DNA of 64,000 bases from Mobula hypostoma (Eukaryota). The stretch's first letter is position 1, and every line of letters starts with the position of its first letter. Both the position numbers and the translations under genes were made by a program. Where the stretch lies: NCBI RefSeq assembly GCF_963921235.1, contig NC_086109.1, positions 27,840,001-27,904,000 on the forward strand, written 5' to 3'. The notes beneath the pieces were generated by a model that saw nothing but the letters and a program-made list of their open reading frames with translations, searched no databases and had not been told where the DNA came from. Below, piece by piece: positions 37,495 to 51,600 of this stretch.

Positions 37495-37945
37495 TTCATG
37501 ACCATAAGGTATAGGAGAAAAATTAAGTCATTCAGCCCATTGAGTCTGTTCCACTATTCAATCATGGTTGATTTATTTTCCCTCTTAACCCATTTTCCTT
37601 GCCTTCTCCCCATAATCTTTGATGCCATTACTAATCAAGAACCTGTCAGTCTCTGCTTTAAATATACCCAATGACTTGACTCTCACATCTGTCTATGCAA
37701 TAAATTCTTCAAATTCACCACCCTCTGTTCTAAATACACATCCTTGAACTCTGGTCCTCCGGTCCTGGACTCTTCCACTATTGGAAATGGCTCTCCACCT
37801 CCATTCTGTCAAGTCCCTTCAATACTTGGTAGGTTTCAATAAGAATCCCTCATTCTTCTAAAATTCAGCAAGTACAGTTCTACTGCCATCAAATGCTCCT
37901 CATGTATTAACCCCTTCCATTCCTAGGATCATTCTCATAATCCTC
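37495..37945 (-). mobile_element. CR1 3' fragment
   Basis: Reverse complement resembles the 3' end of the CR1 at 56000-56408. Confidence 0.65.
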
Positions 37946-37953
37946 CAGAACAG

Positions 37954-38050
37954 CTGATGAAGGGTCTCGGCCTGAAACATCGACTCTGTTCTTTTCCATA
38001 GGTGCTGCCTGGCATGCTGAGTTCCTCCAGCATGCTGTGTGCATTTTGCT
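37954..38050 (+). mobile_element. Penelope pseudo-LTR fragment starting at the hammerhead core
   Basis: CTGATGAAGGGTCTCGGCCTGAAACATCGACT...GCTGAGTTCCTCCAGCA; the 5' arm of stem I is missing. Confidence 0.75.
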
Positions 38051-40631
38051 TAGTAATATTAGTCTGAATTTACATGCTTTGATGTCAAAATCAGCATTCT
38101 GTCAAAAAATGTTAAAATTCCAATACTCCAGTTAGCAAATAAATGTTTTGTTGTTTAGCTAAGGAAAATATGTTTCAAAAATATATTCTGAGTGTACTTA
38201 AAGATTGAGTTAAAACAAATTTATTAAAGGCCATGTTTTTGTTTGCAGGATTGACTTTGAAATCTTTGTGATTTCATTTTAATTTAAATTCAGTATTTTG
38301 ATGGTGTGATGGTAATGATACTCACCTCTGAAAAAAAAAACCTCAAAAATGCCTTAGAATATAAAAGTTCTCTTAAAAGTTGATCAATGCCAAGATCTGG
38401 TCTTCATTCCAGAACCTAAAATAAAGGTTAGGACATAAACAAAAGAGAGTTTCAGGAAATTTCATTTTTCAGAATTTCATGTAGTCAAAAGTGCCCCAAT
38501 TGAAGAATAACCCACTGATTCCTTACAGATAATGCGGGGATTAAACCACAATGCTACTGTGTCAGCCAGGTGTAGTTACAAGAACCTAAAACAGAAACAG
38601 TGCAGTTAAAAACTAAAGTAAAAGGATTAAGAGGGAATTTCCTTTCCACTTCACACTATATTAGCTGCAAACAATCTTCATTGAAATCAATGGATTTGCA
38701 GTTCCTCAGCTTGATCGAATATATCACAATATCAGAGAGGTGAATTCCAAGCAAGAATGGAATTGGCTACATTAACGAGGTGGAATTACCTCATGGAATT
38801 AGATCATATTACATGTTGAAGCAGACTGACAGTTTAAGTTAGCCAGGTTCAGGATTTCAGTCCTTCCTCAAAAATCCCAAACATCCTTTTAAATAGACAT
38901 TTGTTGGAAATTCCTTTCAGAGCCATTTCCATTTTCCAGCAAGAACCAAGATTATGTAACCTTTAGATCTTCAGATTAACTTCTTCAGAAAACGAACCAT
39001 TCTCCCCCAGTATGATTAAACAAACAATAATCAGAATGTCTTTTTACTAATCATTGAAGTTAATGAGGGCGGTCTGGATTTCAGACAATTCCATTTCCCA
39101 ACATTTAGCAGAATAGGTGCACCGATAGGCTATAAATAAAAATCAGATCTCTGCAGTTTATTCTGGATGTGAAAAGACCATATTGGAGTTACAAAACTAC
39201 ATAGATTGAGTTATTCATCACCCCTGGTAGCGGCATGAGTCCGGTGATTGCCACTGAGCCCCTCAGTCAGTTTGTGAATGTGTTGTCCATAATACTCTGG
39301 TATTTAGAGCTCTTTCAGGATGAAGAACCAAGTAATAATCGTAATTACTGCATGTTATGTCATGGGTTTGTGGCTCCTTTCACAAGGAGGAAGTTGAGAA
39401 ATCAACATCATTAGCCTTTTGACAACACCTAATTGCGCAGAAACAAGCTAATTGAAAGAATGATATTAACTTTAACTGTTTGGCTCCACTCATCCCTGAG
39501 TGCTGGATGGGTGTTCAAAGAGTTAGGATAATCACATTCACATCAGCTAATTAAACTCTTCAGACAATGGTGGGTTATGGTTAGTATGGATTTGATGGGC
39601 TGAATGGGCTGTTTCCAAGCTGTTTGTCCCTTTGACTCTATGATTTATGTTCCAAATAATTTAAGTACTTACTGTAATTGCATATTAATTTTTAGGAAAT
39701 TAGATTTTTCAAATCTAATTCCCATCTACTACTGTAAATTGTAAGAACCTCTTCAATAGAAAAGGAATGCGCAAGGTAAGACAGTGTAAGTTAAAGCATC
39801 AGTGGTTTCACTTTAAAACTTGTGCACGAATATTTGGCAGTTACAACAATGCAAAATAATACTATACAACCTCACTATACACACTTGACTTTTTTTCCTC
39901 TCTGTTTTTCTCTTTTGATAATCTTTCTCTTGTCACCTGGCTTGAATCCATTTTTGGACGCAAAATATGAGGACTGAGCTGAACTGAATATAGTCTCTTT
40001 CAATTTTCTGTTTTATTGTCTGTGTTTTTTGCTTGTGTGGCAGAACAGGTTGGCAACGCTAATTCTCCCACTAACCTTGCCCTTTGGCCCGGCTAGTTAC
40101 TCCTCCTCATTCTGTTCCTGGTCTAGTTTCCCCAGTAGTTCACACAATTTGCCCTCCCATTCTGCAGCTCTTGGGAGTTCACCATTTACACACCCCAACA
40201 GTAAAATAATCACGAGCTTGGCTAATCAAAACAATCCCTTCAGTTAATGTGCTCTACTGCTTTATAACTCATAAAAATAAAGATTCTAGGCACAGGCATT
40301 CCAAGCAGTTTCATTTATTTTCACTCGCACTGTTACATCAGTTTGTAGACAGCAGACCAGCTCCAAAAGACCTAAGGGACAAATTGGCGCATTCTAAAAT
40401 AACGCCTGGGTTAGTGGGAGCAGGTGTAATTCATACACAGGCAGATTTAAACCCTCTGTCTGACATCGCCAGAAAGGTGTGGAGGTTGGATTTGACAGTT
40501 GGTGAATAGTTATATTGGAAAGTTAAAGACTTAAAGTTGTTTTCATTTGTCTATTTGTAAATACTTTTTTCCTTTAACAACTTTCGGCCAGTTTTTGCAT
40601 TACCCCCCCCCCCCAGCACTAAATAACACAG

Positions 40632-41763
40632 TAGGCTCCACACGGTAGGCTTATTCAGAAAGTTAGAAGGCATGGGATCCAGGGAAGTTTGGCCAGGTGG
40701 ATTCAGAATTCGCTTGCCTGCAGAAGGCAGAGGGTGGTGGTGGAGGGAGTACATTCAGATTGGAGGATTGTGACTAGTGGTGTCCCACAAGGATCTGTTC
40801 TGGGACCTCTACTTTTCGTGATTTTTATTAATGACCTGGATGTGGGGGTAGAAGGGTGGGTTGGCAAGTTTGCAGATGACACAAAGGTTAGTGGTGTTGT
40901 AGATAGTGTACAGGATTGTCAAAGATTGCAGAGAGACATTGATAGGATGCAGAAGTGGGCTGAGAAGTGGCAGATGGAGTTCAACCCGGAGAAGTGTGAG
41001 ATGGTACACTTTGGAAGGACAAACTCCAAGGCAGAGTACAAAGTAAATGGCAGGATACTTGGTAGTGTGGAGGAGCAGAGGGATCTCGGGGTACATGTCC
41101 ACAGATCCCTGAAAGTTGCCTCACAGGTGGATAGGGTAGTTAAGAAAGCTTATGGGGTGTTAGCTTTCATAAGTCGAGGGATAGAGTTTAAGAGTTGCGA
41201 TGTAATGATGCAGCTCTTTAAAACTCTGGTTAGGCCACACTTGGAGTACTGTGTCCAGTTCCGGTCACCTCACTATAGGAAGGATGTGGAAGCATTGGAA
41301 AGGGTACAGAGGAGATTCACCAGGATGCTGCCTGGTTTAGAAAGTATGCATTATGATCAGAGATTAAGGGAGCTAGGGCTTTACTCTTTGGAGAGAAGCA
41401 GGATGAAAGGAGACATGATAGAGGTGTACAAGATAATAAGAGGAATAGATAGAGTGGATAGCCAGCACCTCTTCCCCAGAGCACCACTGCTCAATACAAG
41501 AGGACATGGCTTTAAGGTAAGGGGTGGAAAGTTCAAGGGGGATATTAGTGGAAGGTTTTTTACTCAGAGAGTGGTTGGTGCGTGGAATGCACTGCCTGAG
41601 TCAGTGGTGGAGGCAGATACACTAGTGAAGTTTAAGAGACTACTAGACAGGTATATGGAGGAATCTAAGTTGGGGGCTTATATGAGAAGCAGGGTTTGAG
41701 GGTCGGCACAACATTGTGGGCCGAAGGGCCTGTACTGTGCTGTACTATTCTATGTTCTATGTT
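40632..41763 (+). mobile_element. Young 5'-truncated CR1 LINE with an uninterrupted RT C-terminal ORF
   Basis: ORF 40689-41699 (336 aa) SGVPQGSVLGP...KFADDTK...RPHLEYC; 3' TTCTATG repeat tail. Confidence 0.95.
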
Positions 41764-42489
41764 TAACATGCTGTTGCAGCTTACCATCTTTTTTCTCCCA
41801 ACTGGCGACCCTGGTTGGGTACGTTTACCCATACCTGATAGCAAGGTGCAACAGTTCATTATTTCTTGTTGCTGTTTTCACAATTTGTTTGTTGTGTGAG
41901 GGGGAGGTTTGATGTTCTTGTTGGTGTTTGTGCAATTGTTTTTTGCGCATGTGAGGGGGACAGTTGATGCTTTCACTTTGAATGGGTTCCATGATTTTTG
42001 TCATTTCGTGGCTGTTTGTGGAGTAAACAAATCTCAAGGTTGTACACTGCATATATATTTGATAATAAATGTGCTTTGAATCCTTTGAATACTTTCATAG
42101 TACTGCCACCCCACATGTCAGTAGACAAATTTGACTGACATAGCCTGAGCATCCATCCTTCTCACTATAAATTCATCTTCAAATTACACACTATTCGGAA
42201 TTGTAATTATAATATTGTCACAAGGTCAAAACCTTGGAACTCGAGTATCATCAATCTAGGATACACTTTCACTAAAAGGATTGCAGTGGATTAAAATATG
42301 CCTTTTCGTCACCTTTCTGAAGTAGCGTTTTCACAAATCTGGTGAATGAATGCAAAAAAAAATGTTCATCATTGTTTCAAACTGGGTTTTTATGGCAACA
42401 TTATAAATGGTGCTCCAATGGACGATTCATGCCACCAATAGAAATTATGTAGTATAAAAGGAAATAAGCATTCATGAGGCAAGCAGGTT

Positions 42490-43095
42490 TTAGATTAGAT
42501 TAGATTAGATTATGAGGACACGCAGTCCTCTTTTATTGTCATTTAGTAATGCATGCATTAAGAAATGATACAATATTCCCCCGGTGTGATATCACAAAAA
42601 ACACAGGACAGACCAAGACTGAAAAAACTAACAAAACCACATAATTATAACATATAGTTACAACAGTGCAACAATACCATAATTTGATGAAGAACAGGCC
42701 ATGGCACAGTAAAAGAGTTCAAAATTTCTCGAAAGTTCCTCATCTCATGCAGACAGGAGAAGGAAGAAAACTCTTCCTGCCATGCCCAACCACAGTCCGA
42801 CTGAGTTGTCTGAAAACTTCGAGCCTCCGATCAGCCCTCCGACACCGAGTACCGAGCACCATCTCTATCCGAACGATTCGACCTCAGTCTCGGTCGCCAG
42901 CAGCAGGCAAAGCCGGGGATTTTGAGGCCTTCCCTCCGGAAGATTCTCGATCGCACAGTAACAGTGGCAGCGAACTGGCATTTCAGAAATTTCTCCAGAT
43001 GTTCCTCTGTGCTTTCACATCTGTCTCCATCAAATCAGAATTGTCCACGGCCCCTATTTAACGGAAATGATATCATTTTCACCGGACAGCTGCAA
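42490..43095 (-). mobile_element. Non-autonomous LINE-tail retroposon with (TCTAA)n tail
   Basis: (TAGAT)n microsatellite next to TTTATTGTCA (AATAAA on the minus strand); CpG-retaining body; no TE protein motif seen. Confidence 0.5.
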
Positions 43096-43142
43096 AGGAT
43101 TCAAAGGTCCTTATCTTTTTAAGAATAGGTTAAGACAGGGTG

Positions 43143-43902
43143 AAGTTCAAGTTCAAGTTTAATTGTCTTTCAACCATACACAAATATCCATGAATGCAGC
43201 CAAACGAAACATCGTTACTCCCAGGCCAAAGTGCAAAACACAGTACCAACAGTTATTCACAGTATGTCACACATAGTACATATAAGACTGCAGTAAAATA
43301 CAGTCACACACAAAAAATATAGTCCAAGTCCCCGAGTCCATGAATGTTGCAGCACTCTACAGTCAAACATAATGCATCTTTGTCTTCTGCCAAGCGAACA
43401 CTGGAGAGCAGCACCGAATCCAGCACGAACCCTCACCATACCACCTCTGGTGGAGTGCACCGACTCTAATGCCTCTCTCCTGGGTGGCTGCAAACATGTG
43501 GCACAGTGGTTTTGGGGCATCGTCCTCACTACAACTGAGGCTAGGCAGCTCCCCCCGCCATTTGCCAATAAAACAGTGAATTGAACTTGCAGCATTCCGC
43601 ATTACCATTGTCCAATCACAAGAAAAGTGACAAAGATGATCAACTGCTGCTGGACTGCACACCACCTTCACACGCCGACGCCCCTCTGATGTAAGCAGCA
43701 GTATGATCCGCTTCAAGTCCAGCTCTTTCAGTTTCTCCACCAATAAACAAGTCACTGATGGGGGAGAACTGCAGTACTTTAAGTTCTTAATGTCCAGCTG
43801 TGTCTTGCAATCATAACGAACACTTTTAAAAAAGACAATAATATGTTTGGTTGGCCCCATAGAAGCCAATGCATTGAAGCACACTGCCATTTTACCAGAA
43901 GT
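43143..43902 (-). mobile_element. Internally deleted Rex-like non-autonomous retroposon
   Basis: Minus strand starts ACTTCTGGTAAAATGGC and ends with a (CTTGAA)n tail like the other Rex-type copies. Confidence 0.5.
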
Positions 43903-44571
43903 ATAAAACATCATTGGGTAGATAAAGAGTGAATTGTGTGAGGAAGTTAAGTAACATGCATAGTTAAGACAACAAAATGATTGAAGCATTCTAGCTTAAT
44001 GACCAGATACATCACTGTTTATTGTATTCTCACACAGGGGTTTCAGTAATTATTCCCCTCATTTATGCCACAAGCAAACTCAGATGGAATAAATATAAGA
44101 GACTTCAAAGTGGATTGGTTATTTTTAGAAGTTTGATATTCTAAGAGTGACGTTTCCTTCCTTGGGCACATAACTTTGAACATGACTCAGAATTGCATTA
44201 GTGTTTCAATGTGCAGTATGATTGCTGTGAACATTACAATTTGTTTTTATCCCACAGGCAATTATACTTCGCAGTGAGTCCAGTTTTGGTGTTTGATTAA
44301 AAAGAAACATCAGATTTTCTTATTATTTTAGTGACCATGCAATCACTTATTCAAATATAGTCAATGGTTCTCACGTGCTATATAACAATAGAAGTTGTAA
44401 ATTTGATATTCTTTTCCATTATGCATTTATGGAACACATTACCTTTTTAACTGGTTATGTATTTTTTTCTTCATACATTATTTAGGGATAATGTTGGAAC
44501 TTTCCATAAATCATTTCCCACGTGATACCACTGATGAATTTACAAGGATAAAACCTGTTTTTTAAAAAAAA

Positions 44572-46432
44572 TCACAAACAAGAGAAAATCTACAGATCCT
44601 GGAAATCCAAGCAAGGCACACAAAATGCTGGAGGGGCTCACCAGGTCAGGCAGCATCTATGGAAAAGAGTATAGACAACGTTTCGAGCCGAGACCCTTCA
44701 GCAAGACTGGGGGAAATAACTGAATAGCTTTAAAAAGCCATGGAAAGAAAGAAAAAAGGGGTTGGAGCACCAGACGGAGGGAATGGAAATAAGGTGAAAG
44801 ACGGAAGAGGGGACGGGAAGTGATGAAGGAGAAGGGGGGGGGGGGATTGGGGGTGATTAACGGAAGTTAGAGAAATCGATGACACGGAAGGCAAGGTGTT
44901 GCTTTTCCGACCTAGGTGTGCCCTCATCACGATAGTGGAGGAGGCCATGGATGGACATATCGGAATGGGAAGTGGAATTAAAATGGGTGGCCACTGGGAG
45001 ATCCCGCTTTTTCTGGCGGACGGAGCGCAGGTGCTCGGCGAAGCGGTCTCCCAATCTATGTCGGGTCCCACCGATATACAGGAGGCCACATCGGGAGCAC
45101 CGGCTACAGTATATGATCCCAACAGACTCGCAGGTGAAGTGTCGCCTCAGCTGGAAGGACTGCTTAGCGGAGCAGATGTGGCACTTGTTTCGCTTGCAAG
45201 GATACGTGCCGGGGGGAGATTAGTGGGGAGGGACAAATGGTCAAAGGAGACGCGAAGGGAGCGATCCCTGTGGAAAGTGTGGGGGGAGGTGTTTGGTGGT
45301 GGGATCCCATTGGAGATGGAGGAAGTTTCGGAGAATTATGTGCTGCTGGACGCGGAGGCTGGTGAGGTGCTGGGTGAAGAATATGGTATCCTGAGAATAA
45401 CCATTCCTGCTGCGGATCCGATTGGTTGAAGAGCGTCTCACCCCATCCTCCCGCCGCTCTACCAGAGATAGGGTTCCTCTTGCCCTCACCTACCGCCCAC
45501 CAGCCTTCGCGTCCAGCACGAAATTCCCCGCAACTTCCGCCACCTCCAACGGGATCCCACCACCAAGCACATCTTTCCCTCTCCCCCCATTTCTGCTTTC
45601 CGCAGGGATCGCTCTCTACGTGACTCCCTTGTCCATTCGTCCCTACCCACTGATCTCCCTCCTGGTACTTGTCCTTGCAAGCGGAACAACTGCCCTCACA
45701 CCTCTTCCCTCACTGCTATCGAGGGCCCCAAACATTCCTTCCAGGTGAGGCGACCCTTCACCTGTGAGTCTGTTGGGGTCATTTACTGTGTCCGGTGCTC
45801 CTGTTGCGGTCTCCTGTATATCGGTGAGACCCGACGTAGGTTGAGAGACCACTTCGCTCAGCATCTACGCTCCGTCCGCCAGAACCAGCGGGATCTCCCA
45901 GCAGCCACCCACTTTTAATTCCACTTCCGATTCTTATTCCAATATGTCAGTTAATGGCCTCCTCCACTGTCGCAATGAGGCCACACTCAGGTTGGAGGAA
46001 CAACACCTTATAATCCGTCTCGGTAGCCTACAAACTGATGGCATGAACAACGATTTCTTGGACTTACGGTAATGCCCCGTACCCCACCTTCACCATTCCC
46101 CATTCCCTTTTCTCTCTCTCATCTTTTCTCCTTGCTGCCCGGCGCCTCCCTCTGGCGCTCCACCCCCGTTTTCTTTCTTCCATGGCCTTCTGTCCTCTCC
46201 TATCAGCTTCCCCCTTCTCCAGCCCTGTATCTCTTTCAACAATCAACTTCCTAGCTCTTTACTTCATTTATCACCTTGTGCTTCTCTCTCCCCTCTACCT
46301 CACCTTTTAAATCTACCCCCCCGCTTTTTCTGTCCAGTCCTGCCGAAGGGTCTCCGCCCGAAATTTCGACTGTACTCTCTTTTTCCATAGATGCTGTCTG
46401 ATCTGCTCAGTTCCTCCAGCATTTTATGTGTT
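44572..46432. mobile_element. Two divergently oriented Penelope 3' fragments (minus ~44572-45390, plus ~45391-46432)
   Basis: GIY-YIG remnants on both strands (ORF 44857-45054 minus; GVIYCVRCSCCGLLYIGETRRRL near 45775 plus; RVPLALTY linker), with a pseudo-LTR at each outer end. Confidence 0.9.
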
Positions 46433-47358
46433 TACATGTATTTTTTCTATGACAGTTTCTTTGTAATTTTAGTATGTTCTGGTACTGCCAATGCTTCAAC
46501 AAAGCATCTACTTTAAGAGTAAATCTAAATAAACAAAAGCGAAGAAAGGATGTCAACTAAGATCTCTGAGAGGACGATGAAATGATCAATCAGGAAAGCA
46601 GTCGGACAAAATAGCAGAAAGCATAGCCAAGTAAAAATGCAGCATGGCAGATGGAATACATCTTCCCATTTTTTAAAAAAAGTGCTAAAATTTGCTATCA
46701 GAAAGCTTAAGGACAAATTTATACTGATTATACATCAAGATTTACATATGCTCCATGTAAAATTGTCATGAGAAGTAGGGGTTATTTTAACTCCGGGCAT
46801 GGTAAATGGGCAGCATATTCATCCATCCAGTCTGAGATTAGTGTTCTATTATTCTGCTGCCAGTAAGTTGCACACAGAGAATATTTAAAATACTACACCT
46901 TACGTGCTTCACTCTTCAACCAATTGGACCAGCAGCATGAATATTTATTCTCAGGATATCATATTCTTCTTGTTATTGTGGATCCTGTGAGGGAAATATT
47001 ATTCAAAAGGGGTTACTTACCCATGTTCTCATTGTGTGTGCTTCACCTGTCTATAATTGGTGGAACCTCCAAATATATTCATCGTAAGGACAGCAATTAA
47101 GTTTTCATTCTACATTTTTCTTCAAATTTTAGTTAGAATATGAGCAAAAGCTTTTCTATTTAGGCTTTCTTTGAGTGGTAAAAAGTGGACTTTAATCATG
47201 ACAGCATGATTTAAGTTAAGGGCAGTTATTCACTCAGTAGAGATGGGAAGGATAATAAGTCAGGTTTTGGGGACGGAAGACTAAAGCTTACTTATTGAGC
47301 CCAGGATGCATTCTTGTGGTACAATGCAAACCTCTCTTTACTGTGTCGGAACAGTGTA

Positions 47359-47715
47359 CAATAAAGTGGCCACTTTATGAGGTACAGCAGTGGAACTCGT
47401 TGTGGTCTTCTGCTGCTTAGCCCATCCACTTCACTGTTCAGTGTGCTGTGCATTCAGAGGTGCTCTTATGCACACCACTGTTATGTGTGAAAATTCCAGG
47501 AGATCAGCGGTTTCTGAGACACTCAAGCCAACAATCATACCACGGTCAAAATCACATTTGTCCCCATTCCTGGTGCTTGGTCTGAACAACAACCGAACCT
47601 CTTTACCATATCTGCATTCTTTTATGCATGGAGTTGCTGCCACATGAGTGGCTGATTAGGTGTTTGCACTAAAGAGCATATGTACAGGTGTACCTAATAA
47701 AGTGGCCACTGAGTG
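47359..47715. mobile_element. Non-autonomous Tc1-like DNA transposon
   Basis: TIRs AGTGGCCACTTTATGAGGTACA / TGTACCTAATAAAGTGGCCACT, TA on both flanks. Confidence 0.8.
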
Positions 47716-48699
47716 TAGATCATAATGTACTTAATAACCTGAAATAATGCTTAAGCTTATGAAATTAACAAGTTAGTTTCATTAGTTTATGCTTTTTTGG
47801 AACTTTAATTGTAAATCTATTGTATTTACTGTGTTGGCTTTACAGGTGGTATTAGATTCAAATATTCAGCATTGTTTGATTAAAGGTTCTCAGCTATTGG
47901 GAACAGCAGACATATTTGCCTTGATAAATATTCTGCAGTCATTAGATGGTCCATTTCCTTTATGTTATTGAAAAGTTTAAAATTTTTTTTATGTCTAAAA
48001 CACTATCTTCCAAACAGCTTTGGCAGCTGCCAAAGGCAGCATCTTCATCATCTATTTGTTCGGAGCTGTTGTGTATAGAGAACTTCTGCTCTCAGTGACA
48101 CACCTTCCTTCAACCTGATCTATTAAATCAATCCATTTACGTCATCAAAATCTCTGTTGCCACACAATGTCGCACAGCCAAGGTCCAAGGCAGCTTCTCT
48201 TGATGGTGCATACAGAGGCTATGATCTTTATTGTGGCTGTTCTTGACTGAACAGCAAATTCTGAGCAATCCCATTTTGTTTAAGAGAACCTTGTCCTCTT
48301 CAGTCCCAGAAGAGGAACAGAGATTTGGTCAAATCACATTGAACAGAGGAGCTGGCTTGTGGGACCAGGTGGCCGATTCTTTCTCCTGGTTTTGTTGCGG
48401 AGAAAGAAAAGGGGATGGAAGGGAAGAGAGATTCAAAGATGGCATGTAGCTCCACAATTTTTATTTTAGCTTTTAATGTTAATTCTTGATATTTTACCAT
48501 TTACCTGTACTACAGGTAACCTAAAGGTAATCCCAACAAGATTAGAAATTTGAAAATTGTCCAAGGCTTTCTTTCAAAAAAAAATAGTAATTGCTGCTGA
48601 ATGTCAAAATCAAATGCAGCTCCAGTATGAACCTTACTATTTCTTGATTGTGGCTGGTGATGACATCGTACAACCATAATAAGAATTTGCTGTAAGTTA

Positions 48700-51600
48700 A
48701 TACAAACACTGCCATTTAACACTTTTATTTCAGTTGAACAATATTTACAATTACCAATTATGTAACATCTTAAATCTTTTTACATTAGATACAGTTTATA
48801 CATCTTGTATTTCTAAAAGGTTTTACCGTGTACAGACGTTTTCTTTTACAGAAATGTACAGGTGAAACAGTAAACTTAAAGGCACTTCTTAATTTTACTG
48901 TAACATTAAGATTAACACTGTTTCCAATGATGTGCTGAACATCTCTCACAGATTTTGAAAATTTAATTGACCTTGTCAAAACTGACAGGTCCTCTGCCTT
49001 TTATTTTGTTCCATGGGAATTTTTCTCAGTAATAAGGTTGACTTTTCCACTAGTTTGTGTGGAAATTCCAAAAAATAACTTAGCAAAATGCAAGAGGTAA
49101 TGCTGAATGTTAAGGTTTGATTGAATGTTTGAAAGGCAAATTGCATTTCCCACAGAAATTAGTCTCGAGGGCTGTAAAGAATATTGATAGCGATGACTTC
49201 ACTGACACATTCACATGCACGCTATTCTAAGTAACAAGAAACATATCCTGTACATGTCTTAGACATTAACACAGTTCAATTATTTCCTCACACCTTGAAC
49301 ACAAAGCTTGATCTAATGTCAAGTATTTTTACAGAATTCACTACTAGGAATTCTATAGGAGATAGGGTTCAAATAAGATAGCAAATTATTTTCTCAACAC
49401 CTCAAAAAAAATTTTTCAAAGTTGTCAACTAAGATTCAATGAATTTTAGCAGTAACAGCTGATGATAATAAAGCCTGCAAAATACTTTAAGACAAGAATA
49501 CAACATATATCCACAGTACAACAGCTACATTAAAAACATTAATTTCCCTAACACTGACATCTAAATCTATCTATTTAACCTCTTCTCTCAAATAGCGCTG
49601 AGTTGTCATAGGCTTGATGTCAATTCAAGTAGTGTAACATTTTCTAATTTAAAAAGCACCAGAAGGACTTAGAGGTATTGTGCTGATACTAACCTATGTA
49701 TCAAGGTGGCAAGATACTGATCTATGGGGCAATTCCCACACCTTTAATCAGTTTCAGTTTCTTGAACATAAACTCAATTGTGCTACAGTAGCATTTTTTC
49801 CAACCATCACTCTGCAATTAAGAACTCCATTTTTATTATCAGTATTTCTAAAACTACTGAATGCTACAATTTACTAAATGACAGACAACAAATATTCAAG
49901 TCAGAAAGTAAATAGCCAACTCCTTTGAAGGCTCAGTATTTTGTTTATGGCACAGTACTGCAGTCAAATTATATTATCATGTGTTCCAGAATATTAAAAT
50001 TGTAAACAGAAACGTTGAGCACAGCAATATTTTTGACACCAGATTGTATTTTTCTTGCACGTCATTAGAGTCTAGCCTTGGAATTAGCTTGGTTGTTTTT
50101 ACTAAAAATAATAAATTAAAACTTCAAGCTTGCAAATTTTCCATGGACACACTCAATTTGCAAAAGATTACTTCATGGCCACTGATCCAATAACTTCAGT
50201 GGAACTGACGTGCAATATATCAGCAAATCATGCAGTTAGGACTTCTGAACGTGGATGTATTTCTACCAGCTTTTCTGTAATGATCAATAAACCAATAGTT
50301 TGGAATCAACTGATCTGGTCTGGTGTCTCAGGGCTGTGTGTGCCTGCTCCCACGTTACCCCCACCCCTAGCACACTTTCTGTGCCACCTGTGCCACACCC
50401 CTCCCGTGGCACTCCACCATCACCATTCCCAACATCCTTTTCTTGCACCAGATTTAGAAACTCACTCTTCGCTCCACGTTGATAAATACAGTACTTCGCA
50501 AAAATCTTAGACACCTTATCAATATGTATGTGTCTAAGACTTTTGCACAGTACTATAGATATAACAGACACTATATGCAGTGGCTACTGAGACTACAATT
50601 TATACTATCCAAATCAGCAAGGCTTGGATAATGTAAATCACACTAAGCCCAAAGTTTTAGGACTTGGAGATGTACTAAAATATTACGGTTAAATTCAGAA
50701 TTGAAGCTTTTCATGGTATTTAAAGACTTCCCTCAAAGTAAGCCTTTATCTGAATACTCAGAATCACAATATTTTCACTGAGCATGGAGATAATGTTGGT
50801 AAGTGCACTGATATACTTTTATATAAACCTAGAAACTTTGTTTCATCAGTTTAGCTCAATCTTCCAAAGGCATTGGTGACTGGAGACATCCAATTAGTCC
50901 AGATTCATCTATATTAAGATCCTCCATTAGAATGTGTATCTAATGTGTGTGCAACAAGTGTACTTACTGGTGAAGACTAGTTCGCTATTTATGGTGAACA
51001 CCATAAATTAAGACTACTGTCTTCATCAATGCCACTCTTCTGATGTAATGACAATCATTGAAATATTATGCTGGGACGCATGGTGTGGCATAGACAAATT
51101 AAGAACTCACACTTGAATTTCTTTCACGTTGCAGAGAAGAAATGTTGCTTATTTAAATGCAATGAAGACATATTGGTTTAGTTGATTATCCATAGTTTGG
51201 ATAAAAAAATAAGCTTATTATGAAGTGCTGTTTTTCCTGGAGGCGAGTGACTAACAATGGCAGTGGTAGCAGTTTGACCATATGATTATTTTGATTCCAT
51301 ATTTATGCCTGCATGAGCTCACAGTGTGAATGACAATATCTGATCAACAGAAGCACTCTAAGATGACATTATTGTGCAAACTTTGAACATTTTCCCTTGG
51401 AAAAGTTCAGTGAACCATTGAGACAGTTAAGAGCAACATTGTCTTTTTACAGCACTGATGGTCTTGTTCAGTAGCCTGTTGGGCTTTCACATCCAAAGTT
51501 TTGGTGAAATATATCCATTCTTCTATAGAGGAAATAATTTCCTTCCAATTACAACACTGCTGAAATGAAGATTCTTGGGTACAAGATTGAATATGTAGAA

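Noticed and set aside
43363..43989. 208-aa minus-strand ORF
   Set aside because: Lies mostly within a non-autonomous retroposon, crosses its boundary and has no recognisable domain
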